From assembly GCF_030144855.1 (NCBI RefSeq), contig NC_082714.1, positions 94,426,001 to 94,490,000 of the forward strand: 64,000 bases of DNA. The letters are read 5' to 3'. A program made the position numbers and the translations under genes. Shown here piece by piece: positions 1 to 10,990 of this stretch (position 1 is the stretch's first letter; each line of letters opens with the position of its first letter). The notes beneath the pieces are model-generated. The model made no database searches, was not told the DNA's origin, and saw only the letters and a program-made list of their open reading frames with translations. Source of the DNA: Hypanus sabinus. Lineage: Eukaryota.

Positions 1-84
1 CGGCAACTTCGAGTCCCGTGACTTACTGTGGAATGTGAGGTGATGCATACATCTACAGTGCAGACTCTATCCTGGAAATAAAGA
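1..84 (+). pseudogene. 3' end of a decayed germline-joined Ig light-chain VJ exon (paralog of 19969-20308), truncated by the window start
   Basis: Reads ...SPVTYC-GM*GDAYI-YSADSILEIK, then the donor gtaagt at 85-90. This aligns codon for codon with DSAVYYC-VVLANVYI-FGPGTVLEIK at 20242-20308. The downstream intron (90-510) is visibly homologous to 20310-20730. Confidence 0.8.
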
Positions 85-1155
85 GTAAGTGACTCCTTCA
101 TTCTGTTGTAAACAATTCCTATTTCAGTTACTCTCATTCCCCACAGATGGATAAAGCGCCGTCCAAGAAACGCTGATCATATATGTGCATTGCAGGAGTT
201 TCAATCCGTCCCAGTTTGGTACCGGAGGCAATTCATCCCAAATCAATCCGAACAATGAAAATCCTGATCACTTCACGTGCGAACACATTTTTTGGACAGT
301 TTTGATCCACCTCAGTTGTTGCACAGAATTGTGTATCTTCCGACGTCCCTTCTCTTTAACACAATGAGCCCCGTGCAATTTATCATTAGCATTGGTTTAT
401 TATTGCCAGTTTTAGAAGATACAATAAAAAAGCTTGACTTGCATACTGTCCGTACAGTGCATTGAGGTGTATTTAATAGCAATACAGAATATAACCAAAC
501 GGGTTTGTGCAGCCTCCCTGTGTAATTTAATTGTGTAGTGATTTCCGCTTTTGTAAGCAATCAGAATGTTTAATAATTTCAGAATTAATGTTCTGCGGCA
601 TTGTCCTCTGTGTGCTGCATCTCAGCTGCCGCTGTTCGAATTGAAAGAGCGCTCCCATGCTGTCAGTGAACGTTGTGTATTACAACTTTTAATAAGGAGG
701 AAACAGGGGCGTGTTTGTCGTGGCCTGGCTTTACTCGGCTGTGCGCAGTGCGTTGGGGGCGTAGTGGATTTGTGATTGATACTGTGCCTTCTAGGAGCCC
801 AATCAGAATTACAGTCCAATCCACTAAGGCATCTCAATTCGGCCTTCCGATCTCCGAATCGTATGTGGGCCTCATCGGACATCTCTCAACTCCCGCCATC
901 ACTGAGGCCTCTCCTTCGTCGTCTTGCACCTCCCCTCTTTATATCCAATCATCCCTATGTAAGGGAGGCCAACATTCTCACTGCCTGTTAGCCACATTCT
1001 TACCACCAATGGGAGTGTTACTCTGTAAAATTATTTCCCCGTGACTTGGCAGTTCACCTCATCCGAGGTCGTGGGTTGCCTTAGTTTCTCCAAAACGACC
1101 AACGGCCTCATTTCCAGCCCGGACACCAACAAGCCCAAACCCTCCGCCACTTCCT

Positions 1156-1158
<3 letters not shown>

Positions 1159-1236
<78 letters not shown>
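1159..1236. repeat. (CA)n microsatellite
   Basis: Direct dinucleotide run. Confidence 0.99.
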
Positions 1237-1240
<4 letters not shown>

Positions 1241-1493
1241 CCTAACCAACTTTCCTGAAACACGACACCTTAGTTTCTGTAACTTATCGTTATCTTCAGC
1301 TCAAAGTAAATTTGTTATCGAAGTACCTCTACGTCATCAGAAACAACTCTGAGGTTTGTTTACTTACAGGTATTCAAAGTAAAAACAAAAGTAAAAGAAA
1401 GCAATGAAAAGCTACACACAAACAAAAACTGGCAAAAAATGTGCAAAAAAGACGACGAACGGCAAATAAAGATTTAGATAGAAAGATAGAGAG

Positions 1494-1701
1494 NNNNNNN
1501 NNNNNNNNNNNNNNNNNNNNNNNNNNNNNNNNNNNNNNNNNNNNNNNNNNNNNNNNNNNNNNNNNNNNNNNNNNNNNNNNNNNNNNNNNNNNNNNNNNNN
1601 NNNNNNNNNNNNNNNNNNNNNNNNNNNNNNNNNNNNNNNNNNNNNNNNNNNNNNNNNNNNNNNNNNNNNNNNNNNNNNNNNNNNNNNNNNNNNNNNNNNN
1701 N
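1494..1701. other. Assembly gap (208 N)
   Basis: Run of N. Confidence 0.99.
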
Positions 1702-2055
1702 TAAGAGGTGTTGATCGTGTGGATATTCAACGGCTTTTTGCCAGGGCTGAAATGGTTGCCACAAGAGGACACACGTTTAAGGTGCTGGGGAGTAGGTACA
1801 GAGGAGATGTCAGGGATAACTCTTTTACTCAAAGAGCGGTAAATGCATGGAATAGGCTGTCGGCAAAGGTGGTGGAGGCGGATACGATAGGGTATTTTAA
1901 GAGACGTTTGGATAGGTACATGGAGCTTAGAAAAATAGAGGACTATAGGTAAGCCTAGTAATTTCTCGGGTAGGGACATGTTCAGCACAAACCTGAGGGC
2001 TGAAAGGCCTGTATTGCGCTGTCAGCTTTCTATGTTGTCTATGTTTTTATGTTTC
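1702..2055 (+). mobile_element. CR1 LINE 3' end fragment
   Basis: Encodes the CR1 C-terminal signature (...FTQRAVNAWNRL...VEADTIGYFKRRLDRYM) and ends in a ctatgtt-type tail. Confidence 0.85.
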
Positions 2056-3198
2056 TAAGTTCAATCAATAACCAAACAGATGGATGGTTAAGGATAAATA
2101 CATAAATAATAATGAAAACTTAAATTGTAGAGTCTTTGAAATTGATTCTAGATATCGTGCGATGTCATGAGTAAAGCCATCCACATTGATTCAAGAGTTT
2201 GATTGTTGAAGGGTAATAACTACTCCTGAAGTATGAGATCTAAGACACCTGTATTTCTCACATGGGAGAGAGTTGCTGAACAGTGAAAAAAGTGGGAGAT
2301 GACAACATATAGATATGGTAAATGTATATCTTGCCTGATCAATAAGGTGGTCTTTATAGAGGCTGTGACCAAAATGACGGACTGCAGGTGTTAGCCCCAA
2401 TCAGTCACAGAGAAATTGCTAACATTTAACAGAAATTATTGATGAATGCATATGACTCGGGGAACTCATTGGGTTTGTTGTGAAGGTCGGGGTCAGAGAG
2501 GAGGAAGGAAGGAACGGGAGGATAGCTAAAATGGTGTTTCTCAACGATCTTCAAAATACTCCAAGAAAGGACAAGAAAGGGCGCTGCTCCCAGGAATTTC
2601 CACAGTATATCTCACCAATATCTGCGGGAAGGGAGTAGAGGGGTACACATCCACGGTTATAAACAAATAAAAGTTGAATGGACTTATGTTGAAGGACAAT
2701 AAGGCTCAAACCAGAGAGACAGTACAATGATTGTGATTCGGATGATGTTTGACAGGTGTGGCTCACAATGTATGGCATTCCCAGATCCGTCCATTACCGA
2801 TTCTGCAGTTGCAATTATGGCACATGTTTGGCACCACCCAGAAAGTATCGAAACAGCGTAAATACAAGAAATTCTGTAGGTGCTGGACATCCAAAGCAAC
2901 AAACACCAACTACCAACTGCTGCAGGAAAATAGAAGGTCAGGCAGCGTCTATAGTAAAGAATAATCAATCGAGGATTCAGGTCAAGCCACTTCATTAGGA
3001 CTGGTGAAGGCTCATCGCCCGAAGAGTCGGCACTTTTTTGTTCGATATGTTCCCCGTACCATGCTGATTTCCTCCAGCACTATGTAGAAATCTTGCTTCG
3101 TCATCAATACGGTTTATTTTTTGGTTGTGTAGTGTCAACCTGTTTCTGGGCTTTCAGTGGGCATTGCTGACCATACTAATCAATTCGTTTCTGGGTTC

Positions 3199-3202
<4 letters not shown>

Positions 3203-3261
<59 letters not shown>
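3203..3261. repeat. (TA)n microsatellite
   Basis: Direct dinucleotide run. Confidence 0.99.
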
Positions 3262-3263
<2 letters not shown>

Positions 3264-3563
3264 ACGTGCGCGGCACTAGAGAAAAATCCTGCTGATAAGA
3301 TAGAAATCAAAGAACAATCGGGCAAATGGCACCCAGATTTGGCTTATTGGATCGATTAGCATTGATAACTTTATAAAATATCTTTGAAAATACAATGATG
3401 GTCAAGCGCATTTTACAGTTTTTAAACACACTAATCTATTAAAATAAACAGGACTCATCAAATACTTAAAAATAACTTTATCTTTCAAACGTAGAAAGAA
3501 ACCGACTGTCAAATCAGCGAGATTGTTCTGAAGGCTGCTAGCAAATTTCAACATGGTTCTGAC

Positions 3564-3789
3564 NNNNNNNNNNNNNNNNNNNNNNNNNNNNNNNNNNNNN
3601 NNNNNNNNNNNNNNNNNNNNNNNNNNNNNNNNNNNNNNNNNNNNNNNNNNNNNNNNNNNNNNNNNNNNNNNNNNNNNNNNNNNNNNNNNNNNNNNNNNNN
3701 NNNNNNNNNNNNNNNNNNNNNNNNNNNNNNNNNNNNNNNNNNNNNNNNNNNNNNNNNNNNNNNNNNNNNNNNNNNNNNNNNNNNNNNNN
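3564..3789. other. Assembly gap (226 N)
   Basis: Run of N. Confidence 0.99.
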
Positions 3790-6299
3790 CATCTAATTTT
3801 TCTGTTATACAGTCCGCAACAGGTCCTTCCGGCCCAACGAGTCACATCACCCAGAGACCCACCGATTTAACCCTAGCCTAATCATTGGACAATTTGCATT
3901 AACCAATTAACTTACTGGTTTAAAGGGGATGCGAGGGTTAATTTGGTCTCCTCAGAGAGTGGTGGTTGCCTGGTAGAGGCTTTTAAGAGAAATTTGAGTA
4001 GGCACATGGGATGTAAGGAAGATGGGATATGGACGTAGTGGAGGTTGGACAGATTAGTGTTTTGGTGTGTTACGTCCCGCTGTTGGCTCTTTTCTAGAGT
4101 CAACAGAAATAAACATAGAAGCAACATTATAAAACAAGTCTCCTCCCAGTGTGATGCACTGTTAGTGAATGGAAAAATAAAAGGCAAACATAAGCAGTCC
4201 GATTTGCAATATATTCACAATATTTACACGTAGTCGCAGAAGTAATCCAGGGCAACCAAATCCAAGCGAGTACTCAAAAAAACCGAAATGCAGAAGACGA
4301 AAACGGAGATTAGAACATGAAGACTGCAAGTTTGTTAATACGGAAGCAAGAGTGATTGTTTAACGGTCTATTATCCCCAGCGGCTCTCCTTCTCCTATTC
4401 ATTTTTTCTTTTTTTTCTTCCGTTTCTTTTTTTTAAATATAAAATTGCGTGCTCCAAATCTCAAATGCTGACAAGGGGGGAGGTTCCATCTGTACTCTAA
4501 ATGGAGCTTGATAGCTGCTTGGCACAACAGAAACAAAGTAAACTGGACGGAGAGAGAGAGAACTGAAAGCAGAAACACGGGCGTATATGGACGGTCAGTA
4601 TGCAATACACTGGTAGAGAAGATTCACTGCTTCTTGTAGGAGGCTATTGAGGACAGTCTATGGTTATGGTCACTGTATTAATGGAAGAATATACTTGCAA
4701 CAGAAGAAGAATAGACATGTTTCTTATTGTTGTTTCTTAGATTGAAGCTATGTCCGTGACGCAGGTCGGCCTGGTGCGCACAATTAAATCCGCAATTTGC
4801 ACTCGTTTCGAAGGAGCAGTGATGACGATTTCTCTCGGTTTCGCCGTGACAGCTGCCAAATGAAGTATAATGTTTTATACCAATCACGCACGATGTCTTC
4901 CGAAAGGGAACGATAGCTCCCCCGGGAGTGTTCCTTGGGCGCATGCTTCCAGGTTTGCAGTAAAAACATTGTAAAACAGTTAATTGAATGCATGATATCA
5001 TGATAACGTGCCTGACCAGTTTCCTGGATTTCCAGAGATAAATTTATTTTGAAGATTCGCACTTTCTGCCTGTCGTATATACTGAGAGTAAACATTTAAA
5101 ATTATGGTTTACTGAATTATAAATAATAGTGGTTATGTGCGGTTAAGACTGCCGACTGGCAAGGTGATTAGTAATAATGTGGTGGCGGTGAAACGTAGCT
5201 GCCAGTAAACCAGGTTTAGCCGCAAAAATAAATGAGGTTCACTTTCCTACAACGTCTCTTCCCCACCCCCGCTTTGATCCCATGCTATCAAGTAGTATTA
5301 GGACGAGGACTATTAGAATGGAAAACAGCTTCTACCCCAAGACGACTGAAATCCATGCGACTATCCAGGTCTCATTACTTATGAAGCATCAAGAGCATTA
5401 TATTCTTTACTTGTCGACTTGAGTTGTAAATCAGCTTATGCTGAATGTATTTCATTATTTGTTAATTTATTTCCGGTAATATTATTTTCTGTGTTGTGTG
5501 TTGGTTTTATGCAATGTGTTGTGCACCATGTTCCAGAGGAAATTTCTTATATTTCTCGATATACATGTACGGAGTTAAATAACAATACGCCTGAACTTGA
5601 ACTTCAGCATGCAAGTCAAGGAAATTATATTTACACCAATGCAAGTTGTAATCTGGCGTAATCAGTCTACAAGATTGCCGCTAATGGCGCAGTCAGTCAT
5701 GGGTGCGTCACGAAGAAAAATCGTTTCAACACTGATCTTCAAAATCGGCGATGTCCATAGCTGCCGCTTGATGCACTGAGTATTTCCAGCATTGTCTATT
5801 TTTATTGAAACCAAATCAGTTTCAATAATAATACAGAGCTGTTATTCTGCTAGGTGAGACAGAATATCCACGATTTGCAGTGTTGGTACCTCGAATGAAG
5901 CAAATGATTGTGACAGAGATATAGGGCAGGTCGGCCCCAGTGCACGCAATGAAATCTCGAATTTACAGTCTGTAAACAGCAAAAGGAAATGAGAATTGTT
6001 TTCTTACATCACCTCTTAAACCCTCTTTGACCCTTTCCTATTCGGCAGGAGTTACCGTAGCATTAGGACGAGGACGATTAAAAATGGGAAAATAAATTCT
6101 TATCTCAGGTCGTGCGTCGACTGCGTCTATCCAAATTTCATCAGGTATAAAACATTAATAGTATTCTAATGTTTACTTTTTGACTCGAATTGTAAATCCA
6201 GCTTCTGCTGAATGTCAGTCTTCTAGAATATATATTTGCTATTTGCTAATTTATTTCTGGTAACATGTTCTATGTTTTGTGTGAACTGAACTGGACCTG

Positions 6300-6740
6300 C
6301 ATCAACATGTGTCCGAGGTTATATCCTCAGAGGTATTGACACCAAGGAACTGTTGAAACTGATCACCCATTCCACTAATGATCCCACATGGAGGACTTGG
6401 GTGTTTTCCCGCCAGTATCCCTTCCTGAAGTCCACAATGATTTTTTTGCTGCTTCAGATGTTGACTACAAAATTGCCGTCGCGAAACTACTGAAGTATCT
6501 GCCCACTGTCTATCCTGAACCCCGTCTCGTCATGATCTGACGTTCTGCCAGCATTTGTGTCATCGACAATTGTATAGATGATGTTTGGCTGTAACGAGCC
6601 ACAAAGTCAAGGGTATAGACAGAGCAAAGCAGTTGGTTAAGCGGACATCCTTGAGCAGCAGTGTAGCGTCAGCGAGAAAGAAATGACTTACGAATGACAT
6701 AGAAATGAATCCGCACTACGAATAGTCTGCCGATCAGGAA
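6300..6740 (-). mobile_element. Degenerate Rex1/L2-like non-LTR retrotransposon fragment
   Basis: Resembles the RT-region repeats that recur at about 16.0-16.4, 31.6-31.8, 36.2-36.5 and 56.4-56.6 kb. Family assignment is by eye only. Confidence 0.45.
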
Positions 6741-8941
6741 GTCAACAGTTCAGTGGCACAGCGAGGTACAGAGGCATAGATGTTGGAACTTTTTGATTAA
6801 TACTGAGGGTATGAAGGTGTTCAACCCTGAGCTGTAATAATTGAACAACCTGATTATATCGTTGAGTCAAGTTCTCCGGCCTAGCAAGGGAGAGAGAAAA
6901 CACGAAATGCGAATAAGTATATGAATCATTAATTATCAAACTGTCATATTCAACCGAACATGGACGTTGCCTAAGATACAGACAACACAATGTGCAATAC
7001 AGAGATACATTCAACAAGCATATTTAGTTAAAAACGCGCGCAGTGCATACCTTCCGTATGGTTATGTGCCCCGCCTGCATTAAACAATTAACGAAGGAAC
7101 TAGCCACATCTATGTGCTATTTTGTACTCGCGATATTTCAAATTGAACATTAGACGGCCAACCAATAGGAGAACCAGCTGCAGTTTCTAACTAACCGATC
7201 AACGAGAAAGGGACTTTCGGCATCAGAATGATTCATGCCTCCGACAGGACACACCTACCACTCGAAAGTCGCGAACGTGATGATCCAATCATCTGACTGG
7301 CGTGACTCCCATGATCTCCCGACGCTACATGTACAATACAAGATTACAATATCTAATACTGTAAACTCAATATTCACTCTCCACTATACGACAACAGCAG
7401 CTTGCCTGTGCCCCAGAAGGCCCTCATCCCTACCTCATAGTGTAATTGTCAATGAGCTGGTCACCCACATAATCTTATACACAGAGTCTTAGATGTGATC
7501 AAACTGATGAATGTTGTCCTTTAACATGTCAGTAACATACGTGCAGCAGTCTTGACAATTAACCGTAAAAGTGCCACCTTCCTTTGCGAGCAGATAATCC
7601 AAGGTAGCAGGACAGCCTGGCCGGAGCACGCCGAGAAAGGTTATAATTCACCCCTTCCTTGTTTTGTATTATCCCTCTTACCGACCAGCATAGACAAGGT
7701 GCTTATGTAAGGCTCTGGGGTGGCATAGATACAGCAACACATATCAGCAGCAGAACGTCTGGTAACATGCGTAGGTCTAGAAATGCAACTCTAGTAAGTG
7801 TCATTTAGCGTCCAGCTAATATCCACCTTCATGGCATCATTTAAAATAGACATAGCAATTCCTGGATGTTAGTCCTGCTCACACCTTGAACCTTCTGCAT
7901 ACACTCAACATTCTAGCTGCCCCAACACCCTCTGTTATGTTGGGAAATCACTTTAAGATTCGAGACCTTGCAAGTCAACAAATGATACATAGGGAAATAG
8001 CCGCCCTCAAAACTCTTACTCTACCAGGGCTAGTAAGTCTGAAATCCCTTAAGGCTGCTACCAAGTGCTGGGTTGAGAGTGGCTGCAATATTCGCATTCC
8101 CGACTCCCCCCCCCAAAAAAAAATACTAAAACACGAGAAGCCCGATAATTAGCCCAACATTCTTTTTTTTTACATGTCAAGGGATTGATATTGGTGGCAT
8201 CCCTTTCACGTTGTAGCAAGGACTCTTCATACAAATTCAGCGAATTGACCCGTTGATTTCGGTGCGCAAACTTAAACGCCATCCCCAGGAACGTTTCACA
8301 GGATCTCCCAGCACAAGTCAGCACCCATTAATTTGCCATTCTGTAATGCAGGGAGGCACAAATGCGCTCGTTCCTGAATTGTCACTGCATACTTAGAAAA
8401 CACAAAAATAACAAAGCAGTTTCACCAACGCAAAAGACAGTTTAGAAACGCCTTTTTTATTGAAATGCTTGAGGAAACCTCAATACACTAACTACAGTAA
8501 ACAAAGCAGACTACGGCAATCAGAAACTTCAGCTATGCTGAATAATTTTGAGGAGACACTGTTTCACAGACAGTCAGATTCAGATCCAGTTTCAATGGTG
8601 GAATATCAGAATTTATTATTTTTTCAGCACAGAAATTAATCGCTACACCTCCGCAGTTGCCTTTCTTCCATTTACTGTTATCATCCAATTAATTGCGTTT
8701 TCAATACATCCGTGATGCGCTGTTGGGAGCATATACGTGAGGTCACAGTTCAAATGGGGCAATTGTAGGTCAGCACCTGCAACAGATACACAAGTTCAGA
8801 AAGGTGATCCGACAACAGCAGGGAGCCACTCTGAAGCACACAAGGTGAAAGAAACCTATCAACAACATTGCGAGTTGGATCCCTAGGTCCAGGTCCACAA
8901 TCATCAGCACAGGAATGTTTTATAAGAGCAGCAGGGAACAA

Positions 8942-9012
8942 AACATAACATAACATAACATGACATAACATAATATAACATAACATGACATAACATAATA
9001 TAACATCACATA
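8942..9012. repeat. (AACAT)n pentanucleotide repeat
   Basis: Imperfect direct tandem run. Confidence 0.95.
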
Positions 9013-9399
9013 TAAATTACCTTAACGGATAGTAACCCGTGTAGACAATTCTGTCCGTCTGCCCTGTGTACCTACTGATCACAATTCCATTAGTTTCAAA
9101 TTAAAAAGAACAGGGATGGTGCTGGGTCGTGATTCTGAATTGAAGATCCATCAATTCTAATGGTATACGAAAGGATCCGACAAGTGTGGAGTGGGACAGG
9201 GGGTTTTCTGACAAAGGTGCATTGATAAGTGGGGGCGTTCAAAAGTGTAAGTTTGAATGCACGGAGGTTGTATTCCCCTGTCAGAATAAAAGGCAAGGAT
9301 GAAAGTTCAAGGAACCTGGGTCTTTGAGACATTTTGAGGTCATGGCTAAGAAATTGTAGGAGATATTGTATATAGAAGGTATAGGCCTTTAAAAACAAA

Positions 9400-10990
9400 T
9401 GAGGAACTTAAGGAGTACATGAAATGATTTGAACACTAAAGAAGGAAGCCAAAACGGCTAAAAGAAGGCATGACGTTGCTTTATCAGATAAGTTGATGGA
9501 GAATTATAAGGGCTTCTATGAAATAGTAAGAGCAAAATGATAACAAGGGACAAAATATCTGCTCTGGAAGATCAGAGTAGTAATCTATTGTGAAGTCGAA
9601 AGAGATGTAGGAAATCTGAAATCGATGTCCCTACATCTATATTTATTTGAAATGTAGCCAATGTCTATAGAATTGAGGCAAAACAGTAGCGATGTCATGG
9701 TCCGTATACAGATTACAGAGGAGGAATATTTTGCTGTTTTTCTTGAGCAAATTAGGGAGGATAAATCTCCAGGGTCTGACAAGGTGTTCATTCCGACATT
9801 GTGGGAGGGTAATGCAAAAAATGGTAGTGGCCTTAAGAGATATTAAAACATTCTTAGAACATGTGAGGTGTCGGAGGATCAGACGATAGCTGCTGTTGTT
9901 GTGTTGTTTAAGAATGGATTGTATTTTAAGGAAGGAATTTATAGGGCGGTTATCCTGACACCTGTGGTGGGAATGTCATTGGTACGTATTCTAAGGAAGT
10001 GGATATGTAAGTATTTCTACATAATAGATGGATTAGGGCTAGTCAGCATAGTGTTGTTGGTAGGTCATGTCCAAACAATTAATTTGAGTTTTTCGAGGAA
10101 ATTACTAGGAACATTGATGAAGGCAAAGCAGTGGATGTTATCGACATGGAATTTAGCAAGGCTTTGTGCAAGACTCCACATGGGAGTTTGGACAAGAAGG
10201 TTCTGTTGCTTCGTTGTAAACATGAGCTAGTAAATGAATTAGAAATTGCCTTCGCAGGAGAATCCACGGAGAAGTAATAAATGATTTACACTCTGATTAA
10301 GGGCCTATGACTGGTAGTATTCCACAAGGCTTTGTCCTTGGTCCGTTGATGTTTGCAATATATATCAATGATCTGGATCATAATGTGGTAAACTGGATCA
10401 ACACATTTGCCGCTGGCACCGAGAGGAGTTAGGATATGATGTTAAGATTATCTAAGATGTTGGTGAAGCCTGATTTGGTGCATTGTGTGCAGTTTTGGTC
10501 ACCTACGTACAGGTAAGATGTAAATAAGTTTGAAATACTGTAAGGAAAATTTGCAAGGATGCTTTCGGGATATAAGGACATGAAACGTGTCATATTGCAT
10601 AGACATAAAATGATTGAGGGGGTTTAGATAAATGTTTACAAAGTGATGAAGGATTAGATAGGGACAATGAATTCAAGTTTTTTTTTTCCCAGTGACGTTA
10701 GGTGACGTTACATACGGAGGCTATGGATTAAGAGTGAAAGGTGTAAAGGGTTAGGGGATCACAAAGGGAATCTTCTTCACTCAGAGGGTAGTAGAGTGCA
10801 ATAGCAGTTGCCAGCTCAAGTTGTAGATGAGAGTTCTATTTCCACATTTAAGAGAGATATGAAGAGATACATGGATGGGGAAAGTATGGAGAGCGATGCT
10901 GTTTGCCCAGGTCAATAGGAATAGGCTGATTAATATTTTGTCACGGACTAAATGGGCCAAATGGACAGTTTCTGTTCTGAAGTGTTCTAT
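9400..10990 (+). mobile_element. Old, degenerate CR1 LINE (ORF2 RT region and 3' end)
   Basis: Fragments resemble DKSPGSD, DFSKAFDKVPH (atttagcaaggctttgtgcaagactccacatggg) and the CR1 3' end. Many stops and frameshifts. Confidence 0.75.

Noticed and set aside
1031-3870. Long ORFs in the supplied track spanning N gaps or microsatellites (also 29198-29595 and 36516-36759)
   Set aside because: Artefacts of N runs and dinucleotide repeats.
7210-7219. gggactttcg, one mismatch from the Ig kappa NF-kB site, near CCAAT boxes
   Set aside because: A single imperfect short motif with no supporting enhancer context or conservation in the paralogous block.
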